From Azolla caroliniana (Eukaryota; Plantae; Polypodiophyta), in assembly GCA_043228905.1 (NCBI GenBank), contig JBHGNT010000002.1:15562001-15626000 (forward strand): DNA of 64,000 nucleotides. Direction: 5' to 3'. Positions 13,444 to 27,000 of this stretch are shown one piece after another. The notes under the pieces were generated by a model that saw nothing but the letters and a program-made list of their open reading frames with translations, ran no database searches and had not been told where the DNA came from. The number at the start of each line of letters is the position of its first letter. Position 1 is the stretch's first letter. A program made the translations under genes and the position numbers.

Positions 13444-13452
13444 TCGTTTAAC
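13397..13452 (-). other. Putative -1 ribosomal frameshift signal (GTTAAAC + pseudoknot) at the gag/pol junction
   Basis: Minus strand: GTTAAAC-gattga-GTCCAGCCAAA-ataggagccg-TTTGGTTGGAC-agcaGCCCTA. 11-bp stem, and the loop TAGG(A)GC can pair with downstream GCCCTA. Confidence 0.7.
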
Positions 13453-14579
13453 TCTTCATCTAATTGACTAAGGATTTCAAATTTGTTTGAGATACTTGGG
13501 CTATTAGTACTATGAATACTATCTGACACCCTATTAGTACTATTAATACTATCAGACACTCCGAAGGGAAGAATTGACTCGGGTTTAGTACAAGCGACGA
13601 TTTGATTTACTTGTCTTCTTGGCCTATGGGGACAATTGATGGCGATATGCCCTGGTAATCGATTTGCACGTCGTCGTTGCTTTTCTTCTTCCGATAACGG
13701 GCCGCGTGGACGCATGGTGTTGATCTCCATTGGTGTTGGAATATTGGCTTGGGGTACATCGCGTGCAAATGGTTCAGCTGTGACTGAGGCATATGTGGGT
13801 TCCGGTCGAGAGCGTGGTATTTGTAACTAACGCTCTGAACGCCGTTCAAAAAGGCGGTTGTCACATCGGACCGCTCGATTGATTGCCTTCGTAAGAGACT
13901 TTGGTTCTTCGGGGAAGGTTAAAAGCAGATCTTTGACATCATTGCGCAAGCTGTAGCGAAACTACTCCATGAGGGCCTGATCATCCTAGGGAATATCTGA
14001 GGCGAGTAGACGGAAATCCGCCGCGTAGGCAGAGGCTGGACGATCGCCTTGACGCAATCTTCGGATCTTGTTGATCGCCGTCTTGATGCTGTCGGTATCT
14101 CCAAAGCAGGCTTTAAACTCACCAATAAAATCTTCAAAGTTATTAAGCAAGGGTGATTGTTTTTCTAGAAGCGGAGCGAACCATGCCAAGACTGAGCCGC
14201 TAAGTAACGTGCCTATTAGGCCGACTCGAGATGCATCAGTGGGATATCGGGAAGGATGCATCTGGATGACTAAGCGTACCTGATTAAGGAATCCCCGGAA
14301 TTGCGATCGCGTTCCATCAAATTTCACAGGAAGTCCAATCTTGGGCTCTTTATGAAATCCTTGGGGACTTGATCCTTGTTGTTGCAACGCTGCTTCGAGT
14401 TGTTGTACCCGTAATGCTAACTCCCCATGTTGTTGTTGCGTTTGTTGTTTTTCGAGAGTGATTTGTTGCAGATCCCCTATCAACCGTTGGTTTTCTTGTT
14501 CCAGGGCAACAAACTTTTCTTTTAGGCACTGTAACTCGGAGAAAATGGATTGATATTCTTGGGCGCTAACAGTAGCCAT
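13440..14579 (-). pseudogene. Family B gag (premature stops, deleted zinc knuckle)
   Basis: MATVSAQEYQ...EPKIGLPVKFDGTRSQFRGFLNQ...LRQGDRPASAYAADF. CCHC is partly deleted relative to copy 2 (CLYCGGPGHIAINC). Confidence 0.9.
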
Positions 14580-16056
14580 AGTATAGGGAAAAGGGTAGGA
14601 GGATGAGGGAGAATGACAAGTAGGCTGGAGGAAAGGAAAAAATTGGTTCAAACTGTCAGGAATAGTACTAAAGCAGAGATGGAATTAGTATTAAGAAGAA
14701 TAGTACTATTATTTCTAAGAGGACGGAACTGCGTGAGATTCCCGAGAGAGGAAGTGAGAAGAGGAGAGAGATAGATGATGACAACAACTCTTATATTATG
14801 TGAAAAGATAAGTACAAATCGGCTAAGAGGCTTAAGACTGGCGTTGAACCAATTTGGTTCAACATAATGCCTAGTGCCTTCTTTTATAGTGTTGTTAGGA
14901 GTAATCCTGAAACTTCTAGACTTTTCCAGAGAAATCTGGAATATACATTACTTTCTTATAATAAAACATAAATGAAAATAATATTCTATGAATTACAATA
15001 GATGGTGTGATGGTTAAGAGCTCGACCCATATACCATAAGGTCATGGGTTCGAGTCTTGCCATATCATGACAGTTGTCGAGGTACCTCCGCAAGATGTGC
15101 ACGATGTAATTGGTGCCGCGGGCCCCACACCAGATAGTGGCGGTTGACAAGGCCGGGGTTGCCACAAAAGAGACAGAGTCCATTGTCCCGACGATGTTGT
15201 TGGGCTTCAGTTAGTGGAACTGAGCGTGGTCGATCTCCATCAGGGTATGGAAATTGACCTCTATCGTGGTATGGGTATCATTGGATGATGGTAAGGTTGG
15301 CGTGGGAGACAAGTAGGGCCTGACGATTGATGCATTTCGGGAAGAAGCCTAAGACCCGCGAGTCCCCCGTTCTTCTTGACGAAGTTCGAAGAGACAATTG
15401 TCACATTGGACAGGTTGGGAGATTACTTGAGACAACGATGAGGGCTCCGGGAAGTTTAAGAGAAGAGTCTTGACCTTATTTTGGAGACCACGACGGAAAT
15501 GGTCACATAGGGCTTGGTCATCCCAACTGCCATCGTAGGCAATCTGATGGAACTTTGAGGCGTAGACCGAGGCTAGATGTGAGCCTTGTTGGAAAGAATA
15601 AAGTTTTGTGAGTGCCATTTGTCGCCGGTCTGTTTTGCCAAATGTCGCTTCAAGCTCCTCAATGAAAGCGGTGAAGTTTTCTAAGAGAGGGGATGAGGTC
15701 TCGATCAAGGGTGCAAACCATGCTTGCGCCGGACCGAAGAGAAGTGTGCCGACAAGCCCAACCCGAGAAAAGTCGCTCGCATACCATTGGGGCTATAACC
15801 GGATGATAAGCCAAATTCGGTTGATGAAGCCGCGAAGATACACCTTCGTGCCATGTTGGGAAATCGGTCTCTTCGGATGGGATCCGTGTTGAATAAAGAG
15901 GACCCGATGAGAACCGGAAGAGAAGACATATCTATAAATATGTTTTGAGTAAGCCTATTGAGGCTATATTTGTAAATAGCCCTAAGTTCATATAAGTATA
16001 AATATGACTTAGGGCAATCACTTTGTAAGGTTGTTGTTATTGTCATATTGTTGTAT

Positions 16057-16097
<41 letters not shown>

Positions 16098-16989
16098 CAG
16101 AGCAATACTCTGTTGTAACCGTCGGTTGGCAAAGATACAGAGCTCGAGGTCGTTGCCTTTGAGGGTATGATTGTACCTTTCTCCTAGAGTGATAGTTGGA
16201 TTCTGTGGGCTCCCGTGGTTTTTCCCATTTAGGGTTTTCCACGTAAACATCCTGTGTATTTCCTTTGTGTATTCTCCACTTCCCATTACTGTGTTTCATT
16301 CTCAAAGAAGTGTTTAAGACTCGGTTGTGGCCGAGCAATATTCCGCGTTATTCTCTTCAATCTGGTATCAGAGAGAACAACATAGGAAATGGAAGAATCA
16401 TTCGACAGCATGTTCAAGCTCATCGGCTCCTACTACTCAATGTGGAACTTGAAGATGAGGGATATGCAGGTGGTTGAAGATCTTTGGTTGCTGGTTCAGT
16501 TCGGGGACAAGAGACCGGATAAGATCGACGCCACAGTGTGGGAGGTGATGCACATGAAGACGGCGGCCTACATTTGGTGCTTCATCGACATGAGCTTGTA
16601 CAACAACTTCAATGAAGAGAGCAAGGCTCATGAACTCTAGAAGAAGATCAACATCATGTTCCAGAACAAGAATGTTGTTAATCGGGTTTCGGTATTCCGG
16701 AAGCTAGTGAGGCTCCAATACCAGGACGACTCCAGTATGGCGGAGCACATGAATTCTTTCCAGGGGCTGATACATCAAGCAACCTCATTGGAAGTACCTC
16801 TCGCCGATGAGGTACTCGCATTGCTCCTGCTCGGTTCCTTCCCAGATAGCTGGGAGACGTTAGTTGTCACATTGGGCAACGCCGGGCCGGAAGGAAAATA
16901 GTTGTCCCTAGCAAGGGTAAAATCAAGCCTTCTAGATGAAGAAGCTCGCCGGAAGGACCGAGAGTTTGGAACCAATCCGAAGGCCTTGC

Positions 16990-19900
16990 TATTAGAGATC
17001 TAAGTACTAAAGTAAGATTAAGATAAGGATAAACAAATGATAGATAGAAAGGAGAAAGAGAAAGAAGGGTGCCGATCCACCCGACCACCCCCGAGCGAAG
17101 GGATCGAGACGGACTCGAGCCTCGATCGGCGTCCCATACCACCGCCGTGGCGTCGAGTCGTACCTGGTGCTGGCGCGCTCGCTACAAGAGTTGACCCACC
17201 ACAAGAGCAGAGTCTCGATGTAGTTAAAAGATCATCAAATGAGGGTAGCTAGGCCTCTTATTTATAGCGATACCCAAGGCCCCCAGGCAAGTTCACACTT
17301 GACCTAATGGGTTGTCTCAATCCCGAGGATTAAAAGTAATCCTCCCCTTCTTTACACTCTCGTTTAACCCTCACACTTATCCACGTGTATAGAATACTAC
17401 GGTAAATTCTTACCACAGGATATTATATGGTCATGCCCGTAACATACTCCCCCTCTTTAAAACATTGCACTCTTGCAATGGAAAGTTAGGGAAGTTAGTT
17501 CTAAAAGTATTTTCGCGTTCCCATGTGGCATCTTTTATTGATTTATCCATCCATTTTATTTTAAATTCTCGGATTTCTTTAGTACGTAATTTTTTTGTTT
17601 TAACATCGAGAATTCTTTCTGGTACATGTGGTTTAGAAGATAATTCTTCAGAAGTAACCAGAGTTTCAGTCGTAACTGTATTGTCGCAAGAACCTAGAAG
17701 TTCTTTTAGACGACTCACATGAAAGACTGGATGAATTCCGACACCATCGGGAAGAGCGAGACGATAGGCTGATGACCCAACACGTTTGAGGACTGTAAAA
17801 GGTCCACAAAACCATGGGGCTAACTTAGCGCACTTACCCGTAAACAATGTCTTAGAATTGTGAGGTACATGTAAAAATACCTTCTGTCCAGGGTTGAATA
17901 CACGAGGTTGCCTATGATGATCGGCATAAAAACGCGCTCTATCTTGAGATGTTTTTATATTATCTCGTGCAATATGCAACATATCTTACATATCCCGAAG
18001 AAAGTTTTGCGTACTTCGCAACTCATCATGATGTATATTAACATCAATCGGGGCTCGTGGCTGAAAACCATACATCAACATAAAAGGACTATATCCCGTC
18101 GACGTATGCTTGGAGCTGTTATAAGCAAACTCCAAAATTAGGAGATAACGTTCCCATTTTGTTGGTTTTGCACCAACGTATGCTCGAAGCATGTCCTCAA
18201 TAATTTGATTTACTCGTTCTGTCTGTCCATCGGATTGAGGATGATCCGTGGAGCTCATGCTCAACGTAGTTTCTAACTTCTTAAAGATTTGTGTCCAGAA
18301 GTCACTAGTAAACTTTGGATCTTGATCACTCACGATATCCATCAGTAACCCATAAAAACGAAACAATTTGTCCACGAATTGGTAAGCCAATTCAGGAGTT
18401 GTTACCGTGGTTTTAGTAGCAATAAATCTGGCCATTTTAGTTAGTCGATCAACGACAACCCAAATGGCATCATGACCTTTTTGGGTGCAAGGAAGGCTAA
18501 CAATAAAATCCATGGATATACTTTCCCACTTATTATTGGGAATGTCCAAGGGATGTAAAAGTCCTGCGGCTTTAAGTCGCTCGGCTTTGTTAACCTGACA
18601 CTGGTGACATTTAGTCACATATCTATGTATGTCAGGACACATCTTAGGCCAATAAAATTGAGTGGAGATGAGAACGAGTGTACGATGTATTCCAGGGTGC
18701 CCTGCTGAGGGTGCATCATGGCATTCAAAAAGAATCCTCTTTTTGACCTCGGGTAAATCTGGAACACAAACCTTCCCATTACGGTAGAGCAAACCGTTAG
18801 CAATGTGGAAGTATTCCTTCAAGGATGTGGTGGTGTCTGTTCCAGACTCAACTCTTGCCCAGTATTTTGCGAAATAACTGTCATCAGGATACTTTCCTCG
18901 AAGGTGATCATAAAGATCTGATGATATTTCAGTGAAGCTAAGCGTGTTAACTTCACGGATGCGACTTAGTGCATCAGCGACAATGTTCATGGAACCTTTA
19001 CGATATCGTATGGAAAAATCAAAGTCCTGGATGAGATCAGCCCATCGTGCCTTATGACCTTTCAGGTCTTGTTGGTCACAAAAATATTTCAAGGACTCGT
19101 GGTCCGTAGTTACCACAAAGTGATTTTCATAAAGATAATGGCGCCATGTTTTGAGCACATGTATAACTGCAAATAATTCCTTTTCTTGAACGGTATACCA
19201 ACATTGAGCAGAATCAAGTTTCTTACTCTCGAACGCTATTGGTTTGCCATCTTGATATAGGACAACACCTATAGCATAATCGCTCGCATCGGTTTCAACC
19301 TCAAAAGGTTTTGAAGGATCAGGTAAAAGAAGTGAAGGAGCCTTGCAAACCAGGTCCTTGAGTTCCTTAAAGGCGAGGTCTAGTGTACTATTCCACACAA
19401 TAGGTTTTGTAGACTTACGCGTTTGACCTTTTCAAAGATCAGTAAACGGCGTCGTCAATTGGGAGTAATTACGAAGAGACTTTCGCAAAAACCCGACAAA
19501 ACCAAGGAATGATCGAACTTCTCGAATATTCCGAAGAGTGGGCCAAAGCTTGATTTTCTCAATGCGAGAAGGATCAATTTCAACTCCTCGTTCGGTTATG
19601 AGATGTCCTAGATAAGTAATTGATTTCTTGAAGAACTCACATTTTGAGATCTTTGCATAAAACTGTTTGTCACCCAATGTTTGTAAAACAAATCGGACAT
19701 GTCTAGCATGTTCTTGTAATGTACAGCTATAAACTAAAATATCATCCAAGAAAATAACGACAAATTTTCCAAGTTGTTCTCGGAAAATGTCATTCATTTC
19801 TTGTTGAAAAGTAGCCGGAGCATTGGTCAAACCAAAAGGCATAACCAAAAACTCGTAATGGCCATAGCGAGTACAAAATGCCGTTTTAGGAACATCGTCC

Positions 19901-22900
19901 TCATTTATTCGTATTTGATGGTAGCAAGTACAAAGATCAAGTTTCGTAAAATACCGAGCTCCTTGGAGATGGTCAATTAGATCGTCAGCCCGGGGCAATG
20001 GGTACGAATTCTTGATCGTCACTTTATTCAAGCGTCGGTAATTAATACACATACGCCATGTGCCGTCTTTCTTTTTAACCAAGAGAACTGGTGCACCCCA
20101 TGGAGATTTACTATAACGTATATAACCCATTCGTAAATAGTCCTTGAGTTGCTTAGATACCTCATCTTCTTCGGATCGACTTAAGCGATACGGAGGTATA
20201 CTTATTGGTGCAACACCAGGTACAATATCTATACGATGGTCTATATTACGTTTAGGAGGTAACCCATCAGGTAGTTCACTTGGAAAAACATCATGAAAAT
20301 CATTTAAGATTTCATCAAGTTGTTGTTGGTCAAAATATGATAATTGAACCGGGACATTATCGATATTGTAAACGTGAATGTCCGGATCAAGTACACAATA
20401 AAATAACGTAGAACAAGACAACTCGGATATTGATGGACACGAGGAAACAATCGAGAGGGATTGTTTTTTTACACATTGAATAAATTGCGTACAATCGTTC
20501 AGTACAAAAGAAATGGAATGGCGAACCCAATCAATAAATAAAGAAGAGTTTTTATTATAAAACCAGGGATAACCCAGTATTACATCGGTGGTACAAAGAT
20601 TCATTACATGGAAGTCTACTTCCTCTATATAAGTATCAATAGAAATTCCTAATGAATGAATCGCCCCGTTGATGTATTGTACTCTTCCATCAGCCAAGTG
20701 CACCGTGTAGGTGTGATCACTTACGGTGGGTTGGATTCCCCATATCTGAACCAAACAATCATTCACAAAATTGTGTGAGCTTCCCGAATCAAATAAAAAT
20801 TGTACGGGAGATCCATTGATATACCTGTTTGCACGTAGTAAATCATTGGGACCCAATACATAGTGAGGGAAAGAACATTGACAATTACTTAAATGATGTG
20901 TATAGACCTGAAGGACATTAGGAATTTGACCTTTATGGTCTGCAGCTTTAGCTTTGTTGTCGTGCTCTTTCCATTGGAGCTTTCGACATTGATCTTTTGT
21001 ATGACCCTTCTTTTTGCAGAATACACAAAAAGGATGTTGTCGCTTACAATCGCGATCCAGGAATTCGTTGGGTGTCTTGCGTTTCCCAACAAATTGCGAC
21101 TGCTTAGTCCCGGGCGCTTCGTTGGGTTTGTTATGGTCCTTCTTCGAAGCGCGTTGATAGCGAAGAACTATTTCAACGGCCTCTTCGAAGGATTTTGGAT
21201 CCTTATCGTGCACTATCCAGTGATAGTCCGAATTGGGGATGCCATTGACAAAACAATCTATCAACCAATTGTCCCCTTCTAGACCCGATTTTTGGATTTG
21301 GGTTCTAGCATGGTGAACATAGTCTTCTAGCGAGGAAAATTTCCTACTAGAGAGGTTCATTAAGGCTTGTGCTGCCTCGGTTCGAGAGGGAGGTTGCAGA
21401 AATTGGCCCTTAAAAACCGTGACAAAATATGTCCAGGTATCGGGCAATTTCCCCATAGTACGGAGCCCACGCCACCAGGCGGCGGCCTTACCCCCGAGTT
21501 CTCGGCCGACATATGCAATCTTCGTACTATCTAGTGTGGGATAGAGCTCAAAATGAGACTCCCATCGTCCCAACCATGTGCAGATTGCTTCTTCGGTTCT
21601 TTCCTTTTTGTCTCCCGTAAATAGCTTAACGACAAATGATGGTTCACCTTGTCGCTCATCAGGTCTATTAGTCTCACGTTGTAGACTAATGGCACGTGCC
21701 TCAAGAGCACTCTGAGATTGCCGAAGTTCGGTCATCTGTTGAGCAGTGAAACTAAGGTATTGGGTTATTTGTGCCAAATACATCTCAGTGAACATTTGTC
21801 CAGGAGGATTCCCTTGAGTTCCTTCCGCTTGAGCGGATGACATGGGGTCATTAATTTGAGCCATTAAAGATTATTTCTGGAAAAGAAATAGGACAAGGTC
21901 AGAGATATAGTCATAACATCATGTCGTGATGTAAACATATCATGGGTGAGCATTAATCGATATCATTATCTCACGTAAATACCCCTCTAGACGTATGAGA
22001 TGAGGTTCAAGATCAGGTTACTATGGTAACACAAAGGTGTTTTAAAAACCATGGGGGTGACAAATAAATGTCTTTCCCTAATCTCTATATCGATTTTTTC
22101 ATGGTGGCTCCCCGAGGCTCAACCATGTATGTTCGCGTCATGAATTGTTTATACACGAAAAAAATGTTAATAATAAACTATGTTTCGGTGCCGACATATG
22201 TGGTTTCGTCTCTTTAAGTCCTATTACGAGGACCCCGAGGTGCACTTAGACCTTAAGTCTAAACATGTGTTATAGTCATATGTATCAAGGATGTTGTATG
22301 GTCTTGGTCATATTTGAACTCGAGACCTCGATAACAAATACATTAAACATTTGAGGCAACCAAGTAAGTTGCTCTTCTCGAATGCTTAATGTTTGATGCG
22401 TATAAGAGATATGCGAGGCAGTTGATCATATATGTTTTTTTTTTAAAAGAACATATATGTCAAGGGTCCTTATTTCGCCCTCATTTACCAAAACTATGTT
22501 GGTACGTTACCTAACCTCAAGTCTCGTAATTACGATGGCGTACTCCAAAGTGCAACCTAATGGTCAAGCCAAATGAGCCCTTGTTTCGTAGTAGGCTCAC
22601 GTGGGCCATCACATGGTCACATCATTACGAATGCCTCTCGTAAGAACGAGCTCATGGTGGCATCGTATCCATGTAACGAGGGAGGGATGTTGGATACGTG
22701 CGTCATTGGAGCGACCTCACTTGAAGTGGGTCAAGCCCTACGTACTCAACATCATTTTGGCTATTGGCGTTTCTTTACGTAACGAAATCGAGGTCGTCAA
22801 CGGGGTTATCAACAATAAAAGAATGTTGAAAAAGGGATGGTGACAACGCCATTCTCACAAAAATGTGAGGACGGCCACCAACATCCTTTTCCCGACAAGG

Positions 22901-24004
22901 ACAACTTTCGATATAATCACGTAATAACGAATATACACATATGTTTACTTATCACATATATACGATCAAATACGTATATATGTGACCACATATGCCTATA
23001 TTAAACATATCGTTATATTAAATAGCCACAAATGATGTGATTGAGATACGTAATCGAGGTATATACCTCTACGCACACGAAACATCCACAAATAAGAGAT
23101 CATCGTAATACGCAATTGAGGTATTGACCTCTTACGCATAGGAGACCAACCGCATATCGTTTACAACAAATCAACAACTCATACGCAAACGTAACATATG
23201 TTCGTGAACGTAATACGTAATTGAGGTATTAACCTCGTATGCATACGACACTCATCACATATTATTAATATGTCAAACGAGGTATTGACCTCGTGCACAT
23301 ATGTAAACGTTTTAGATAATCAATTAAAGACCACTACAACATCATTGACTTAATGAAAAAAATTACATATAAACTAAACACATGATTAGATGGGAGAAGA
23401 GAGAATAGAAAGAAAAATTATGGAAAGAGTTACCGAAGTTCTTTGTTGATCGTTGTCTGGATCAAGGCCAACCGCACATTGATCGATCAACATCAATCAA
23501 AAGACAAATGAAAAACAAAGAAACATTAGTACGTAAATCTGATACCAAATATTAGAGATCTAAGTACTAAAGTAAGCTTAAGATAAGGATAAACAAATGA
23601 TAGATAGAAAGGAGAAAGAGAAAGAAGGGTGCCGATCCACCCGACCACCCCCGAGCGAAGGGATCGAGACGGACTCGAGCCTCGATTGGCGTCCCATACC
23701 ACCGCCGTGGCGTCGAGTCGTACCTGGTGTTGGCGCGCTCGCTACAAGAGTTGACCCACCACAAGAGCAGAGTCTCGATGTAGTCAAAAGATCATCAAAT
23801 GAGGGTAGCTAGGCCTCTTATTTATAGCGATACCCAAGGCCCCCAGGCAAGTTCACACTTGACCTAATGGGTTGTCTCAATCCGGAGGATTAAAAGTAAT
23901 CCTCCCCTTCTTTACACTCTCGTTTAACCGTCACACTTATCCACATGTATAGAATACTACGGTAAATTCTTACCACGGGATATTATATGGTCATGCCCGT
24001 AACA
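16990..24004 (-). mobile_element. Full-length tRNA-iMet-primed chromovirus (family C, Reina-like, copy 1) with TG...TA LTRs
   Basis: 455-bp LTRs at 16990-17444 and 23550-24004. TSD CTTGC (16985-16989 and 24005-24009). PBS TGGTATCAGA 23538-23547. PPT AAAGAGGGGGAGTA next to 17444. Confidence 0.96.
17431..21864 (-). pseudogene. Family C single gag-pol polyprotein, split into three ORFs by mutations
   Basis: 810-aa ORF (gag, [14 protein letters not shown] knuckle, LFDSGS protease, FLDD RT), 470-aa ORF (RH ETDASDYAIG, IN HPQSDGQ), 183-aa ORF (GPF motif, chromodomain PERILD...KW...DATWE). Confidence 0.93.
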
Positions 24005-27000
24005 CTTGCTCATGGAAGATGACCACAACCGGGGAAGAGGCCAATATCGGAGTCCCCAAAACTGGGACAAGTCGGGGAAGAGGTTGAAGTCAAGGGGGAG
24101 GCCTACTTGCTTCTATTGTGGGAAGCCAAGGCACTTCCAGAAGAACTGTCGGCATTTTCGGAAAGAGAAAGAAACCGGCACCACGAATTCGAAGAAGAGT
24201 TCGGACCGGAGAGGCCCGGATCGGAAGGGAACGTCAGCGATCGTGACAAGTGAAGAAGAACTGATGCTCATTACCGAAGAGAATGAGTTAAACCTTGTCA
24301 GCGACAAGACAACATGGGTTGTCAATTCCCGAGCGTCGTTCCACCTGACACCGAATTGGAAATGCTTCTCATCCTACATAGCCGGTGATCATGGTTGTGT
24401 CCGGATGGGTAATGAAGGTACATGCCGAATTATCGGCATAGGAGATGTGTTGTTGATGATATCAACCAGATGCAAATTGCTGTTGAAGGATGTCTAACAC
24501 GTTTCAGAGGTTCGGCTGAGCCTGATATCAGCCGGTCGGCTAGATGATGAGGGCTACATGGGTAGCATCTGAAACGGAGTTATGAAGTTTAGCAAGGGAA
24601 GCTTGATAGTGGCTCGAGCTCGGAAGCTTAACACATTGTACTTTATGAATGCCCTGATATGCCGGGAAGAAGTGAATGTAGCATCCGACACTACCGGTGA
24701 GTTGTGGCACAAAAGATTGTGTCACATGAGTGAGAAGGGGATGAAGAGGCTTGGCGAAGACAACCTCATTCCGGTGAAGGACGTGCAACTTGTGAAGTGC
24801 ACGGATTGCTTGGCCGGCAAGCAAAACCGAACCTCCTTCCTGTCAAGACCACCGATGAGACGGAATGCACCACTAGAGTTGGTGCATACCGGTGTTTGTC
24901 AAGTGGACATGAAGTCACATGCCGGATCGCAGTACTTCGTGACGTTCATAGATGACCACAACTGGAAGTTGTGGGTCTCACCACTGAATATGAAGGATCA
25001 GGTGCTATCCATCTTCAAGGAGCTCCACGCGAGAGTGAAAAGAGAAACCGGCTGGAATGTGAAAGCGGTTTGAGTAGATAACGGAGGAGAATACCGGGGG
25101 CAGTTCGAGGAGTATTGCCGTTCGAAGGGAATCCAGCTCAAGTTTACTGTGTCGAAGACGCCGGAACTAAACCGGCTGACCGAAAGGATGAACCAGACCA
25201 TAATGGAGAGATTCCTGAGCATGCTAGCACATGCAAAGTTACCCAAGACGTTTTGGGCTGAGGCGCTGACGATGGCGACCTATGTGCTAAATAGATCACC
25301 CTTAGCACCCTTGGAAGGATACTCACCTCAAAATGTATGAACCGGTAAAGATGTATCTTACCGGCATCTGAAGGTGTTCGGGTGTCTCGCATATGTGCAT
25401 GTTGCAAAGGATAAGAGAGCAAAGCTGGATCCGAATTCTAGGCCATGCGTATTCCTTGGATACGGCGATGATGAGTTCGGTTACCGGGTGTGGGACTTGA
25501 TCGACAAGAAGGTGTTCCAGAGTTGGGACATAGTCTTCATGGAAGACAGGACCATTGCCGACTGGGAGTCGGAGAAGAAGGTGATGAACTCAGGATCATT
25601 CAATGAAAACCGGCTTGAGGACACAAGGACTTACCCGGTTGAAAACCGGATGCTAGCCGGTAATTGGATGACACTCGACGAACCGACCGGATATGGACAA
25701 GAAACCAAACCAACCGAAGAAGAAGAAGAAGAAGAAGAAGGAGAAGGAGAAACAGGAACCGTACAAGATCCCGAATCCGATTCGGATTCGGAACAAACGA
25801 AGGAACTAGTAGTCAGAAATCAAGGATGGAGATATCCTCTCCAGGAGAGAAGAGCCCCCTAGAGATTTCCGGATGTAGAGCATGTGTTGCTAACCGATGA
25901 GGGGGAGCCGGAAAGCTTTGAAGAAGCGAAGGCAGACACCCACAACCGCAAGTGGCTGAGTGCCAGGCAGGATGAGATGGATTCCCTGCATGAGAACCAC
26001 ACATACGAATTGGTGGAGTTGCCGAAAGGAAAGAGGGCACTTCGAAACAAGTGGGTGTACAAGCTGAAACCGGGAGACGCCAGAAATCCACCAAGGTATA
26101 AGGCCCGAATCATGGTGAAGGGCTTCCAGCAGAAGAAAGGAGTGAACTTCAATGAGATCTTTGCCCCGGTAGTAAAGATGACATCCATCCAGACGGTATT
26201 GGGCATAACGGCAAGCATGGACCTCGAGGTAGAGCAACTAGATGTGAAGACGGCGTTCCTCCATGGGGACCTCAAAGAAGAGATCTACATGCATCAACCG
26301 GAACAATTTGAGAAGAAAGGGAAGGAGTACCTGGTGTGCTGGTTGAAGAAGATCCTATACGGACTGAAGCAAGTTCCCCGGCAATGGTACCGGAAGTTCG
26401 ACTCCTTCTTGAACTACCAAGGATACCACAAGACGTAGGCCGATCATTGCGTGTTTATGAGGAAATTTGATGGAGGAGATTTCTTGATACTCCTATATGT
26501 GGATGATATGCTGATCGTTGGACGAGACCAAGGCAAGATTTGGATGTTGAAGAAGGTTCTGAACTGGACCTTCTCAATGAAAGACTTGGGGCCGGCAAGA
26601 CAGATATTGGGAATGCATATCATCCGGGACCGGTCGAAGAAGTTGTTGTGGTTGTCACAGGAGAAGTATGTGACAAAGATGCTTCAACGGTTCAACATGT
26701 TGGAGGCGAAACCGGTCGGATCGACATGTCCAGCAAACTGCAAGCTATCCGGGAAACAAAGCCAAGGACAAAGGCGGAGAAGACGGATATAATGAAGATA
26801 CCATATGCCTCTGCTGTCGGGAGCTTGATGTACGCGATGGTATGTACCCGACCGGATATTGGATATACAGTCGGAGTGGTGAGCCGGTTCATGAGCAATC
26901 CCCGAATAGAGCATTGGATACTCCAATATCTAAAAGGCCCCTCGAGTATGTGCCTCTAGTTTTGGCTCCGGAAAACCCCAACTCAATGTTTTCACGGATT

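Larger units (their letters stand above)
9442..15072 (-). mobile_element. Near-complete Tcn1-like chromovirus (family B, copy 1)
   Basis: LTRs 9442-9864 and 14654-15072 (TG...CA, highly similar). PPT AAGGGGGAGATAG at 9865-9877. GTTGTC duplicated on both flanks. Order gag-PR-RT-RH-IN-chromodomain. Confidence 0.96.

Noticed and set aside
17007-17252. Recurrent 65-71 aa ORFs in family C LTRs; possible 5S/snRNA-like GC-rich segment
   Set aside because: The ORFs are LTR-derived repeats, and I could not align the segment to 5S, 7SL or snRNA by eye.
20030-20060. RT motif INYRRLN (D to N) as an inactivating change in family C
   Set aside because: It is present in both copies and is not one of the catalytic aspartates; KLDL and FLDD are intact.
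22573-22843. Small ORFs in the family C leader, repeated at 54184-54616
   Set aside because: They recur only because the two copies are near-identical, lengths differ between copies, and no domain is evident.
23047-23294. CRISPR-like array of palindromic repeats
   Set aside because: Eukaryotic retroelement leader with irregular spacing, degenerate repeats and no cas genes.
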